A DNA stretch of 64,000 nt from an uncultured Planctomycetales bacterium. GTDB lineage: Bacteria > Omnitrophota > Gorgyraeia > Aquiviventales > Aquiviventaceae. Positions within the stretch are counted from its first letter, which is position 1. Every line of letters begins with the position of its first letter. The notes under the pieces were generated by a model that saw only the letters and a list, made by a program, of their open reading frames with translations, was not told the origin of the DNA and searched no databases. The stretch spans positions 40,402-104,401 of the forward strand of contig CAYJTP010000002.1 of assembly GCA_964373175.1 (NCBI GenBank), given 5' to 3'. Below, piece by piece: positions 12,001 through 27,000 of this stretch. A program made the translations under genes and the position numbers.

Positions 12001-15000
12001 GCGACTCAGAAGCCCAAGTCCAGCGAGCCACCCTTGACTACTTTAAGACCAGACGAGACATCCTCGTCGCGACGCGCCGGGTTCTCGATGCGAACAATCC
12101 AAACCTCATCACCGGACAGGAGTGGCTTTCCCAGCTCGACGAGCTCGAGCGAACGCTCCAGCTTCAGGATGGTGTCTTGGTCTTCAGCTTGGAGGGAGTC
12201 CTGGTGCCCTACACCCCGCAGCGCAAAGCTCGACTGGTTGACAGTCCTGTCTATCCAGAATTCATGGCGCTCCTCCGCAACGGGTTCCGGATCGTGGTCA
12301 ATGCGGGACACAGCCTTGAGAACGTGCTCCCTCAGATTCTGGATGGCCTGCCCGAGGCTGATAAACCGCTGCTGAGGAACCTGACCATCTATTTCAACCG
12401 CGGCACGGCGAAAGTGACGTTCAGGTCCTCTGGTGAACCAATCTTCGTTGAGTCCTATGCAAAGACGCTCTCGGATACCGACATCCCTAGGCTGCACAAT
12501 ATTCTCACAGAGCGCGTCAACGAGTATTGGAACTGGGTCCTGGAGGATCGTGATCGGTTCGAGCGGATGTTCCCGCGGTTCAGGCTCACCGATCCGCCGA
12601 GTCCGCCGAGGACTGAGTATCGTACATGGCAACCCTCTGCGTCGCAAGACCAAAACATGGGATTGTACAAAATGATGTTGTACCAATGGGGGTTGAAAGC
12701 AATGCCCTCTATTCCCCACGTGACACAAATCACGATTCTCCCATTCCCGTCCATAGAACTCGAAGGCGTTCCGGGAGCGACCGATTGGAGAAAAGCGTTC
12801 TTAACGCGTCTCCTCGAGGACCTCAAGGCTCAGGCTCCGGACTTATTGGAGCGTTACGATTTTATCCCTGGCGGGATCTATTCCATTGATATCGTCCGGA
12901 AAGGGGTGGGTAAAGATACACCGCTCAAAGAGGCCACGGCAGGTGTTGATCCTGGACATGTCCTGGTGGTCGCGAACACGGATCTGCATGGAGAAGGGGA
13001 AGGGGATTTGCCCTTGGGAACCCTTTCCTATCTCCAGCCCTACTCCGTGGGGGACATCAGCGATCTCCCGAAGGGATTCCGCACAGCTGGAATGGGGCTC
13101 TTTGCGACAAAACAGCTTATGCGCGAGGTCCTCAAAAACTATGACTATGCGAAGGCCCATCCGGAGCGTCCACCAACGAATGCGATCGGCACGGTGAAAG
13201 AATTCCTCCGCAAGCGACAACAGGCGATTTATGACATGTCGTGGTCCCCGACGATTGAAGGAGCGGTCCAGCAGTTCAACGCGTGGAGGAACCAACAGGC
13301 GACCCAAGGGAAGTCACCGAGCCGGGAGGACCAAGAAGACTATGTTCGGGGACTCTTTCAGACCTATCAACTCAATCGACTGAAGGGGTCGCCCTGGACG
13401 GACCTTTACGCACGAACACTTGCAGAACGCATGCACGCACAGACAGCCATCCGCACCCTCTTAAAAGAGCTCACCGCGGTCGATAAAGCGGAGCAATTCT
13501 ATGCACTGGTCGACGCAATTGACCAGCGCATGGGACTACGGAACGAACTGAGCAGCCAAGATTTCTGGGAGTACTACAAAGCAGTCGATCCCCGTGTGAT
13601 CCTAGCCCTCCGACGCCTCAAACAGATCACCGGATACGATGAGCATCGGCTTCGGGACGAGGTGATTCGCGAGGTCGCAGCATCTGAGAGGTCTCTGGGG
13701 CATGCGTTGAGTGTGCCACGGGTTTTGGTGAGCTACGCGGGTGATCGGATGGTCTTTCCGGCGATCAAAGCAAGCCCTCACAAGCCGCATGTATCTCCGA
13801 GCCAATACATGTATGTCGGTGGCGGGGGACCGGCGGCATCGTTCCTCATCCAAGGATGGATCCATCAAGCTCGCCAACGTGGAGAGCTGGCTCCAAACGA
13901 GCACGTGACAGATGTCACACTCGATCGCACCAAGCTGGGGCCTGCGGTCATGACGGTGGCCACGATCACGACCACCTTTGATGATGGGGGAGACTCGAGG
14001 AATTTCCTGCTTGGCTTTCTCGAAACCCCTCCCTATGAGACCTACTTCCTCCCGCCGGGAGACATCTCCGTCATGCTGGGCTTTGCGACGGATGATCCTG
14101 CGAAGCTCTGGTTTCTGCACTATGCCGACAAGAAAGAAGGACGGATCAGCGGTCGTGCAATTGCTCCGATCTGGCTCAAACGCCTCAAGATGATTCATGA
14201 AAAAATTGAGAATGGCCTATTGCCCCGTCCACCGGATTGGCTGGCCTTCGTCAACGCCGCGATGACGCTGGGTGATCTGTTGGATCGCGAGCTGGTGGAG
14301 CGGAACGTGGTGCATCCATCTCGATCGGAAGCGCCTCCAGCTCAAGCACGAGGGAGGGAGCTTCTGTTCAAAGACGGCAGCAGCCAGAATTTCTTCACGG
14401 AGGCTGCTGCGGGCTTAGACACCGGGGCGCTGATCCCTGGCGATGAACACCTGATCCGCGGGTTGTTCGATCCCTCGCGCTTGGATATCGACCATCTCAA
14501 GACTCTGCTGGGCATCCGCGATGCCCACGTCTACCCGGTGAGCCCCGATGAAGCTACGCTCGTGGCCCTTGATGAACAGGGCCACACGGTGGATCAAGAC
14601 ATGCACGTGACCCTTGGGGGCCGTATCTATCCAGTCCACCCTGCCGAGGAACAGACCGGCATTAGTGACAAGGCGCATGTTGGACGAATCCACCAGGTCA
14701 TCTTTCGAAAGCGGGTACCTAAAAAAGAGGAGAAAACGAACGTCATTTCTTATTCCTATCGCCAATTGAGACCTGAAGAGATACCAAAAGCGACCAAGGA
14801 GGAACTAGAGGGTATTGCGCGAGTTCTACAGGTGATTGTCTCCGGGCTGGGGAGTTCCTTCACGAGCATTCTTCCTGACCTGATGGTCCAAGGGGTGGTG
14901 GAGGCGATCATGGAGCGGCAAGACATCCCCCGCATCTATGTCGCCAAGATCAAGAAAGACCTCGAGACCTCCCAGCTTGATGTAATCGGGAAGACCTTGC

Positions 15001-18000
15001 GGGCGATCCCGCTCCGTGAGCAAATCGCCGTGATGGAACGATCCCTCGAAGGCGCACTGGGCAAGCCGGTCCGGTTTGAGCGGCTCTTCAGCCATGTAGT
15101 CCTTCCCCGTCTTTCGCAGAAAACCATTGACCGGCTGGCTGAGCTGGACAAGCTCACGGACCTTGAGGTCGAAAAGCTGCTCGAAGGGGGACCCCAGATC
15201 AGCAAGTATGTTCGAGGAGCCCAACTCATCAGCCAGGAAGACCTCGAGTTCCTCCAATCCCGCGGGATTCAAATTGTCTGGGTTGACGAATCGGACATTG
15301 AACTGCTCGGTGAGAAGAGGCGAGATGCGTGGTATCTGGGACTCGCCTTGAAGGCGTTACAGACAAAGACACCTCTCGAAAATGAGGATCAGCTGCTCTC
15401 CGTAGCCGACAAGACGAAAATTGTCGTTGAACACTCGACAGGTCAGGTCTTCGTGGATGGGAAAGAAGTGACCAAGGCACTTGGGGACCGAAAGGTTACC
15501 GAAGCAGCTCAGGTGGTTTCTCGCCACCCGAAGGTCCGTCACTACGTCAATCAACACTTGTTGGCTGAGGGAACGCTCACGGAGATTGAAGCGTTGGTCG
15601 ACCACATGGACCAGAAACCTCCCTACTATAAGACGCAGCCCCTCCTCAGGACGATCGATGAGATTGTCGCGTCGTACAGACCTTCCCAGCAGGCTGATAT
15701 CATCACGATTGACGGCCCTGCGGGAACCGGCAAGAGCACGGTAGCGCGCAAACTCGCTAAGCGCTTGGGTTGGCGCTACCTCGATAGCGGGGCGCTGTAT
15801 CGAGCGCTCACCCTCAAGGCGTTGGAGGAAAAGATTAAGTTGGATGATGAGATAGGGCTGTCCGACCTGGCCTGGGAAACCCAGATTGAACTCTCCGGAG
15901 ATCAGGTCTTGTTGGATGGAAAGGACGTGACAAAGGCGATTCGGAGTCAACAGGTGACCAGGGCCGTCTCGCTGGTTGCGCAACATCCAGGGGTCCGGCA
16001 ATACATCACCTGGCTGCAGCGCCGCCTGGCCAGGTCGGGAAAGACGATCTTAGAGGGCCGAGATACCGGAACCGTGGTGATGCCGGGAGCGATGCATAAG
16101 GTCTATCTCGATGCGCCGCTCAACGTACGTGCCGAGCGGCGTCAACAGGAACTCGCTTCCCGAAAGATCACGTCCAGGCTCGAGAAGGTCCGTCAGGGCA
16201 TCGAGAAGCGCGATCAGCGTGATCAGGGACGCGCGATCGCGCCACTGCGTCCTGCGCCAGGGGCCCACCTCATTGACACGGATCAGATGACCAGTGACCA
16301 GGTGGTTGACCAGATTCTCGCTGGAAAAGGAGCCGCCTACGGAGCCCTCCTGATCGATGCTGATGTGACCCTGCTACGCTCGGCCGATAAGACAGAGACG
16401 TTGAGCACCAGCCCGGCCCGAGACGCCTTGCTCAAGGTGCTTCAGCAGGGGGTGCGCGTGGCGATCATGACAGGCAACAGTGCGACACAAGCCCTGGCCC
16501 GCCTGATCGAGACCCCCGCACAGGGAGAGCAGCCAGCTCTCGTCCACATCCCACCGGAACTTCGTCACCTGGTCACTGTATACGCCAACGGGGGCTTACA
16601 GAAATTCACCTTTGACCAGGCTGGCGTTCCGCACGAAGAGGAAGCGTACCGGTCGGGGAAAGAGATTCCAGCGACCGATCGACAACGGATCCTTAAATCC
16701 ATCCAGCCGCTGCTAGACTGGTATCGCAACCGCGTTCAGAGTCTGGGTGGGCGGTTTATTAACGCACAACCCGACTTCCTCCTCCAAGGCAGAACCCTTA
16801 GGATTCCTGAGATCGTTCTCGAAGGAGAAACATCGGGTGAAGGGGTGCTGAAAATTGCCCTGATGTTCCTTTCCGCTCATCGGGCCATGGAGCTGAAAGA
16901 CTCCAAAGCCCCTGAGACCTTTCCGGATCTCCGGCAGGAGTTCCTTGAGAAGCTGTTGGCCATGCTGCCAGATGACCTGAAGGGCCGCTACAGCTTTAGC
17001 GAAGGTGGTCTCAGCAGCATCGATATCAAGCGCAAGGGGCTGGATAAATTGGTGGATGTCCGAGACTACTTGACCTCAACCAACCTTGCGCCTGAAGATG
17101 CCATCTACTTCGGAGATGAAGTCTATCCGGGAGGAAACGACTACCCTGTGACGACGATTCCAGGGCTGTTGGTGATTGGAGTCAATCCCGATCAGTCGAC
17201 CGTCGCAACTCCCGCCATCCCGGGTGGCGCAGGTGTCATGGGGACCACGTGGTGGTTAGAGAACCTTGATCAGTTGATTACCTTTCATCCCACGAGGAAG
17301 AAGTTGGTCAATCACCCGATCGCGCCCACGCCGATTCAACACCTACGTCTCCAAGCACAAGGACCGTGGCGGGAGCGAGAGACGTCGGCAGGCGTCGCCC
17401 GCGAACTCCTCACCTCTGTGGATGGGGGTCGTCTCATCGCCACGACCTATTCGCTCACTGAGCACTCAGCGCGCGATCAGGAGGCGCCTCAAGTCGCAAA
17501 AGGCCCCAACCAACTTGCGAGAAATGTGCTGGTGGATGGGGTCGTATTTCCCCTGGTCAATGACCAAGGCTGGACTCTTGATACCGCGTTAGCCCAGGAC
17601 CTGACCTCAGAGCAGCAGCCGCTCCTCCATCCAGCTGAGGCGGCCAAGGGTGCTCCCGGGACACGCTTCATCCTCAATCTCCTTTACTACCTCACGGTGC
17701 GGCTGTATGAACGGTATAACCAACTCCGGAAAGATCGACCGGCCGAGCAGCTGACTCGCCAAAACTTCTATCTCGATCACTACAAACCCTTGCACGGTGA
17801 GGAACGGTTCCCCTTGTACAACAAGGGCTATGTTGGCATCGGTAAGGACGGTAAGCTCATCTTCGGCCAGCGAACGCTCCTTGGAGGCAAGCTCTGGTTC
17901 GGTTCGCGGGAGCTGTCCTGGACCGAGCGAGATATCAACCCCACTGCTTGGAGCTTAGCCGGTCATCCGGTCATCGTTTACACGCCGAGTTACGCCGATG

Positions 18001-21000
18001 CCGCTTCGTCTTTCACTTCGCAGGTCACCGGCAAGCCCGGTGATCCCAATTTCAGCGTCACTGTCGGGCGAGCACGGTACAACCTCCTCGTCATCGATAA
18101 CCGCATCGAAGCGGTGATCCACGGGGAGGTATTCCTGCCCTATGTGGGGGTGGTGCTCTCGGTTGATCAAGCGACCTTCGATCGGGTGTTCCGTGATCAG
18201 GTGGAGCAGGTGGATGTTCAAGGGGAACGCCGCGAGGTCTACCGCCCACGCGTCAGCTATCGCTTCCAGCTCGATCCGCCGAAAGCGTTTGAAGGTGATT
18301 GGAGCCACGTGCAGTGGCTGATGGGAGGCGGGTACCTGTTGGTCGCGCACGGCGAGAACCTCGTGGCCACACCAGAAAAGACGCAGGAGAGCCTGAGAGC
18401 TCAGGGCTGGCTCAACCCACTGTCACGCCAGTCACTGGAAACGCCACTGGACGTGCGTGGTCCTGAGCAACGAGATCCTACCGTGGTGATCGGCCAGACG
18501 AAAGATGGGCAACTGTTCGTGGTCACCTTCAGCGGACGGACCATCCACAGCAGCGGCGTGACCTTCCCTGAGGCCGTGCGCATTCTTGAGGAAGAGTTTG
18601 GCGCTGGGAATCTCGAGTGGGTCTTGAATCTCGATAGCGGATCCTCAGTGTCCTTGGGTGCGGTGGATGAAGAGGGTCGCTACCATCTCCTGAATTATCC
18701 TGGACCAGGTCCTGATACCTTGGCGGGAGAGGTGAGGCCGGTCAATAGTCTCGGGTTCATCACGACCCGCCAAGTTCCCAGACGTCTTGGGCAACTTCAG
18801 ACACTCGCCCATACCGCCGCGCCCTTCCAGCCCATTACGGAATGGAACCAGACATTTGAGAAGTTCAGGCCTGGCGATCCCGGGACCGACACAGTCACCG
18901 TCGGGCTTGATCTGGGTTCAGGGAGAGGCCGACACCTCTTCCAGATCACGGTGCCGAGAACCGACGATCCTCCCGTCCAAGCCGCGATCATCCGCTACCT
19001 GGCGATCCAGATCTATAACCGCTTGGGAACGTTTGGTCCTGAGCGGGTGTTGATCGATGCGCCTGAGGCGCTCTACAACCAACTTGTCGCCTTCTTAGCG
19101 CAAGGCGGCTCAGCGACCTCGTTTGGACGCATCCAGGCGTATCTAGCCCTAGTGAACCAGAAGCCGTTTACCATCCTGCCAGCCGATCGCACGACCATCG
19201 AGGCGCTCCCGGCTGAGCCTGTCGGTCTGGCTGTGCCGGATATCAATCCGCGCCGAGGCCAGGTCGTAGCGATTGACATCGGAGGGACCGATGTCAAAGT
19301 GGTCGCCATGCAGGACGGTGTAGTGGTCTATCAGCACACAGCAAACTGGGTTCCCGAGCAGTTCACCGACCCTGAGCAACACGTTGAACTCCTTGAGCGT
19401 TTGATCCGACAGGCCCAAGCAGAGGGCAAGCTCCCAGCATTGGATGCCATTGGCATCAGCTGGAACTCAGCTGTGCGCGACGGCCGCATTGCGGCTTCCA
19501 CCAAGGCGACCAAGGGATTGACCGAGGAGCAGTTCCGCAACGTGATCAGTCCGATCCGCGAGCGCTTTGAACGCGACTTCAAGATTCCTGTGGCTATCGC
19601 GAATGACGGGGATGCTGGGGCGCTGTGGGCAGCGGTAGAGCTTGGCGTGAACAATGCGCTGGCCCTCAGCATGGGAACCAACCTCGCCTCTGGCTATGTG
19701 GACCCCCAGGGGGACCTTGCTCCCTACTTGACCGAGATGACCAACGTCATCATCGACCTTGGGACAGAAGCCGCTCCCCATTCCTTTACGAAGGTCCCAG
19801 GGGTCTCGCAGCAATACCTGTCTCAACAACCTGCGTTCCGCTTGGCGCGTCAAGCTGGCATCAGCCTCGATGCGATGGCGCATGACGCGGCTCGGTTAGA
19901 GTACGTGCAATCGCTCCTTGACCAGAACGACCCACAGGCCGTTTCGATTTTCAAACAGATCGGTCGATACTTAGCGACGCACATCGCAGAGACCCAGCAG
20001 TACCTTGGAATGACCAACGTCATCCTCTTTGGTCGTGTGGTGCGCGGTCGTGCTGGTAACCTGATTGTGGAGGAAGCCCAACGCGTCCTGCGGGACATGG
20101 ACCCGGTCCTGGCTGATGCGGTGACCATCCGCCTTGCGACCGAGGTCCACTATGGGCAGGCGATCGGGGCAGGGTATCTGGCCAGTCGCCATTTCCAGCA
20201 GCTTAATTCCACTGATGAAGTCGAGATTGCCCGTCGGCGATTCGATGAACGGTGGGTAGCAGCTCAACAAAAACAGGCGCGTGGATTTACAGCCGAGGAT
20301 GTGCACAACGCCTACTACGATGCGCAAAGCAAGCAGTGGAAGTCAATCTACGGAATCAGCCCCGTCGTCTGGATAGACCCAGGCCTTATGAAACAAGTCC
20401 AGAGCGCGTTGAAGGCTAAACTCTCACCAGCGCTTCAATCAAAGCTTGTCTGGTTCACTCCATCCACGAGCCACGTCACCATCGCTTACCTTGGGCTTTG
20501 GAGAACGACGCCCCTCGATAAGGAAACAGTTCAAACGTATCAAGCGCTGTCCGACCAAATCATTCCAAAACTCATTCGGAGACCCCTCAGCTTTTCAGCA
20601 GAAGGCGTTGGTATGATGCTAAACGGCGCCCTGTTTGTTCCCATGATTCCCACTGAGGGATCGCTCGCGATCCTCGACCAGGTGGACGCACGCTATCTTG
20701 AAGAGGTTCCTGGTCTCGAACATTTCCCGAGCGTCGTTCCCCATGTAACGCTTGCGTATCTTGTTAGCGAATTAACCCCAGAAGAGATGCAACAGCTACT
20801 CAAGGCCATCGAAGAGCTTCGGGGAATCCAATGGGGAGCCTATCGGGCTGACGAGATCGTGCTCTATGCTTACGATGACTTGTCGCTTGAACGTGGGCGC
20901 GTGTTGAACCGGTACGATCTGACGGCGCCCGCGAGCCAAGCCAAATCCCCAGCGCCGATGGCGATCCTGACGGGTCTCTTGGCTGGACTGTGGCTGGGCC

Positions 21001-24000
21001 TAACTCAGGGCGCTGGGACTGATCTTCCAGCCTGGGCCGACGTAGTCCTGGGTGGCGGTGCCGCGTTCTTCGGACTCTGGACCCTCATAGAGATCGGGAG
21101 ATACATTCGCGGCAAGATCAAGGCTAGCAAGCTAACCGACGAGCAGCTTGAAGCCAACTTCAGGGCATTGGTGGAAACGACCCTCAGCGAAGACTGGGTC
21201 AAGGCGCTTTGCGATAACTGTCTGAAGTCTGCGACCGACCTTCCGGCTCGCCAGAAACTCAAGCCCCTCCAGTCCGCCAAACGGATTGGGACGAACGTCT
21301 ATCTTGATCTGCGACTTGCGGCTTCACCAAAAGAATTCTCTCGGGTAGTCCGCCACGAGTTGACGCATCTCAAGAGCCATCCGGCTCACGCTCCCCCACG
21401 TCTCCTTGGGACCGTCTGGTACTACAGCGTTGGGTACCTCCTCCGAGAGCTCAAAGCCCACCTGGCCGAATTCCGCTGGCCCCATCCTGCCAAGCCTCCT
21501 CAATCAAATCCTCGTACTCTCAGAGCCACTGAGCAATATGCTCGCCTGCCCCAAGAAGATTTTATTAGCCCAAACGAGAAAGCGCTTCCTCACATCGCGG
21601 ATGGCAATGCCCTTGAGCGGTTCGAGCAAGCCCTGAATGCGCCCGGGGCTTTTGAGCGTTTAGGAGTTCCACTTGGTCTCGCCTCGGCCATTGCTCACCG
21701 ACTCCTCACCCGAAGCGAGCAACGCTTGCGCTGGCTATTGGGACAATGGGCGTCATTACCACCGGCCAGGATTTATGAAGTGTTCAAAGACGATCTGCTG
21801 CGGGGTGAGGAAGGGTTGCGGACGTGGATGGATGACCCGGATCCAACCACCGTGGTTGGGGTTGAACGAATCATCCAGAACGTTCTGGAAAGTCAGCCCG
21901 AGGTGATGCGGCGAGGTTTCTTCCTCAAATATAGCACGGCTGAGCGACTCATCCGGCAACACCCGCCAGTTCGGATGATTCAAGAGGTGCTGCAGGACCT
22001 TTCGCCTGAGGCACGGACTGTGGATGAGCTCCTGCGTCGAGTAGATTCCTTGACCGTCAGTAGCGCGGCGCGGTTTAGCGAAGAGCAAGCCTGGCGCGAG
22101 CGCTTTGCGACATTGCTGAACGAGCTGGCGCCTGACGATTTTGAGCACCGCGGTCTGCGGGTTGTCGTTCTTGATCCAAAGGTGTGGGGGAAGGTGGCCG
22201 ACCATCTTCGAGAAGACAAAGCCTACATTCACTACGGCAAACTGGTGGGGATCCTCTTGGGCACTCCTCTGCAGGAGCGTCATCCGTATGCCATTCTTCG
22301 AGGTGTGTTGAAGGTGCTCAGCTACATCAAAGAGGTTGAGCTGTTCAACCGGATGTGGGAAGTCGCGAGCGAGCAGAGCCGCCACGCCCCTGGTTCATTT
22401 GGGCCTCGCATTCGGAAGGCGTTCGCCGGGTATCCGTTATCGGATCAGCCGACGCTCGGACTTGTACTGGAAGGCGCCACACAGCGCTACGTTCACCAGC
22501 AATTGTGGAAACTGGCGCAAGAGATTCCCGCCTTGACCGCCTTGGCCCAAACGTATGACACCTTGCATATGGCGAACCAGGAAGCCGTTAGCCTGAACGC
22601 CTGGACCCATGTCTCTCAAGCCGTCCGAGGACTGCAGCAACCGTTGCTGCGAGAAGCCCGGCAGATCGTCCTCTACAACTTTTTCGCGAAATTCTTAGGT
22701 TCTGATCACCAGCTCGATCAGTGGATTGTCGAGCACACGGGGGTTGATGAGACGCTGCCGACCACCACGACCGTGAAGGCAGTTCCCAACTACCCCTTGA
22801 CCGCCTCGACTGTGAGCGGCTGGCAAATGCCTCTTGTTCACCCCTCGCGCCAGGGGGCGATGACCATTGATCTTGACCCTGATGTCCCGGTTCCTGATGC
22901 CGGAACGCAACTACTGATCCAAGCGGTTGATACGTGGCTGCGACGGCAGGGGCCGAAGGCCAAAGACGCCTCGCTGCTTGGGATCGCGGCCATGGCTGGG
23001 ACGGTCCCCAAACTGTTTGCCGACGACGTCTCGCGAGTCGTCGTGATCGCACGCAACCCCTACGCCATGGCGCTGACCCGAAAGAACTCGGCTGACAAAC
23101 CTAACGTGACCGTTCTGGTTGGAAACCTCTTTGAGGCGCTGAGAAGCGTTGACCCCGCGACTCGACAGGAGCGGCGAGAGCAGTTCGACTTGATCGTCGG
23201 GCAGGTCCCTACTGTTCCGACGCCTGTTGATATCCCCATCGATCCCAGCGATCCTGCAGTCCTGTCCTACGAAGGGGGAGGGAAAGGCCGGGAGGTGTTG
23301 GACCGGCTGATCCAGGAAGCCTCCCAGTATCTCAAGCCGGGTGGAACGCTCTTGCTTGTCCAGCCCGAGTACGTCGATGCGGGAAAAGGAGAACACGCTA
23401 TCGAGTTGCTCAAGCAACAGGGTTTCTCCGCCCGCGTCATCCAGAGGGTAGGTACAGAGATTGTTGAGGGATCGTTGCTCTCCAGCCGCCTGGAATGGAT
23501 TCAGCAAGAGTTGGCTTATACGTTTGAGCGAGTCCGACAACCATGGTGGCGAAACGTGCTGTCTCGCTTTCTAGGTGGCCCTCGACCTCACGCGCCGTAC
23601 CTCAATCGCCTCATAGTGATTGAGGCCACCAAACCTTCCCAAGCTGGGTCTCTCACAGATAGGGCAGGGGGATTGCCCATCTTTATGCAATCTGGGTCAT
23701 ACCCACCGTTGCTCCTTGGTGCTGGAAGCATCGGGGGCATTGGGGCGTCAGGTTTCTTCCACGAACCTGTCCTTGCGCTCCTCGGTCTTGGCTTAGACCT
23801 GTTGGGTGGGTTGGTGGCGCTTTTCTGGCCGATCCTCTTTGCGATGACCCTACGAGACGAGAAGACTGAGCAGTTACCCGAGGCCGCGCGGGCGGCTTTT
23901 GCAGAAGCGCTGGACGCGATCGATGTCACGTCCGGCTTGGGCTTGGAGCGGCTGGCGTCGAAGATCCAGACCGAACCGCTGGATGAGATGCTGCGGCGCC

Positions 24001-27000
24001 ACATCGAGCGGCTGATCGCGTTGGCTCCGCGAGACCGGGCGAACGTCCTGCGGCGGTACCAGCGCGTCATCGAGCTCAACCAACAGTCAAAGAAGATATC
24101 GCTGCGGGCTGGGAACGAGTTGCTGAAGCGCTTAGAGGCGATCACCTCGCGGACCGTCCGAGATGCCCTCATTGCAGAAGCGAAGGCCGCGAATGACCGG
24201 TCGAGTCGGCGTCCATCAGAAGCACTGTACCAGGATGGGGCGTTCGACGTGAAGCTCCTGGAACAACTCCTCCAGCAGGCTGCCCAACAGGCTGAAGGAG
24301 AACTTCGAACCGCCCACCAGGACAACACCATACATCTCGAGGCTAAGATCGGCGGCAGTACACGCTATCTCCACTCGGGCTCTCGAGGTGATATCGATGT
24401 CATGCTGCTCCATCAAGGATCCGTGACCCGTGAAGCGGCGACAGATGCCTTCCTCGCGGCATTCAAACCACTGGCGGAGGCGTTCAAGAATGTCTCGATT
24501 GATCGGCGTGGTCCAGCACGAAGCCCCGTCTTGATTGCCTCCTCTGCTGCTGGAACGCGTGAAGTCAACCTCGATCTCTACCCGATCACCTCGTGGGGGG
24601 AGGCGAGAGACTGGATCATCGAGTTCCTCCAGGAAGGCTTTAGCACCCTCGCCAGTCCCCACCGAGCGGTCGAGGATGCCGTGGCCGTGGCCTATTACCT
24701 TCGAGAAGATGCGTTGTACCGCAAGATGCTGGACCGGTTCCTGGCCATCCGCAGAGGGACCGCCTTCGAAGCCGAGGATCTCCACGCATTTCTGACTCAA
24801 TTCGCCGATGACCTGAAACGCTTCGGCATGCTCGTCTACCAGAACCCCGCTGCCTTAGATATCCTCGGCCGTCTGAACGAGTCTGCGGCGTTGACGGAGT
24901 CCGAATTGGCTAAGGAGCAGCAAGCTAAAGCGACCACGTCCAAGAGTCAAAAGCCAAGGAAGGGAAGCCCGTCAGGCTCGCCCCTATCGTGGGTAGGGAT
25001 CCTCCTCGGGCCGATTGGCCTGCTTGCGACTCTCGTCGTCTGGGGGGCGGCGCTCTTCCGCCCGCAGCTTCGGGCATCATGGCAAGCGTTGAAACGGCGG
25101 CGGCTGATTCACCGGACGTTTGGCGGGCTCATCGACACGATTGGCGTCATGCTCGATGAACTCGGAGAGGTGCCGACCGGGCATGAGGCACAGGCGGCCT
25201 TTATGCGCACGCTTCAACCAATCGTGGAGGCCTGGTATCAGGAGAACCGCAAGCGGATTGAGCAGTTGCAGCCGTTGTTGGTCCAACCGACCGGGCGCGA
25301 GGGGTACCACAGTAACCTGATCTACAAAGATCGCAAGGGGCGCTTCTTTATTCTGGGCCATCGCTTTGCCCCGAACGGTGGGGGAACCCCAATTCACTTC
25401 CGTGGCGATGCAGATCACGGCTACAAGTCGGGCATCCTGGTGACGCTCGATGAGGGAATTAAAGAGACGCGGTTTCGTGTTGAGTCCCGCAACGGCCCGT
25501 GGGTTCGCCTCACTCCTCTTGAGACTGCTACACTTCCTGCCGGCGGCATAAGCGTTTCGACCGAACAAATCGGTACCCCGCACATGGTGACGAATCGTAG
25601 AGACACGCCGGTCGGCGTCATTGGGCTCTACCTGGGCTTGTTCACTAAGGCTGAGCGGGCTACACCAAAAGCTGACGATCCGACCCTCTACTTTGTGCAA
25701 AAGGTGAATCCGAGCGAGCTGCGCTTTACCTGGAAAGACCTCGTCAAGGAGCAAGGCTGGGAAGCCCTGTATACCTTTGCGGCGCGCGAGGCCCTGAAGG
25801 ACGCCAAAGAGAAGAGCCAGATCGTCTACCACATCGATGGGACCGTCATGAATCCAGATGAAGTCTTGAGCATCGAGCCATTTAACCTGTCATCCGAGTC
25901 GATCATCTACCACGATCAACAGACCGGCCGCTTGCTCTTTTCGCCTCGCTCGCCTCCACCGAGCAGCGACAACCTTGCGCCACTGCCCACACCGACCCGC
26001 GACCTCCAGCAATCGGCCGAGGCCCAGCCTGAGCCGACCTCTTTTGTTTCGCCTGCTGAGCAAGCGCTTCCTCAAGAACCCCTCGTTCAAGCTCAAGGTC
26101 AGACCCTGCCAAGTGCGTTTCCCTTGACCTTCAAGTTCGGCATCATCAGCGACCTTATGTCAGGTGATCCTGCTAGGGCCATTGCTGCTGCTCGAAAAGC
26201 CTCTGAGCTCGGCTATCGGTATGGAATGCTGGAAGCGATTCGTAGCTTACCAGGACCGGTGGAACAGATTGTGGCTTTTATGATTTACTTCTTCGACGGC
26301 AACATCCTCGATGAGCAGTTTCCATCCACGTTTGGCATTACTGATCCAGCACGAGTAGCCACGGCCATCCAGTACCTTCAAGGTGAAGGCATCATCACCT
26401 CCAATGGACTTCGGTGGCGTTTCCATCCGATGCAAGCCCCATTACCAAAGGGCGTCTTTAGGTCGCTGAATGCCAGGCAACAATTCATGTTGAACGACCA
26501 GCGCTATCTTACGCTGAACAAGGACCGATTATCTCCAGTCCAGCGTCAGCGGCTGACGGACCACATCCAGTTCCGCCAAGGCGTGCTTGATCAAGTTGTG
26601 GCTCAAAGCCCGTTTGGTCAGTTATGCCTTAGTTGCATCCGCGCCCGGCCAACCGCGTACAGTTTGTTCCACTTACAACACTTTCAAGCAATTTGGAACC
26701 AAGTAGGCCAACGCCTCAATCCTGATGGACAATCCCTGGACCTCGCTGCCCAACTCAACCTCCTTGCGCAAGATCCTACCGGGGAGGGGCAGCGGCTTGT
26801 GCGTGAAGCGATCTTCGAACCACGCCATGCCACGTATCCAAGACGACTCGTCATTGAGGACTCCCAACTTGAGCGCCTCATGCGCCTCAAAGGTGAGGAT
26901 CCAACGCAGAGCGTGGTCTTGGATCAGGGAAGCAGCACCATGGTCACGTCACAGGAACTCCAACGTCGGCTTGGAGGGACTGTGATCGCGACGGACATTG

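Noticed and set aside
15601-15700. Internal promoters or SD-start signals in front of sense-strand modules (e.g. TACTAT at 15624-15629 upstream of Cmk; the region before the GT4 module).
   Set aside because: No properly spaced -35 hexamer or SD-start pair was found at the module starts I checked. This contrasts with the clean 17-nt-spaced promoters in front of the minus-strand cassettes and the downstream gene.
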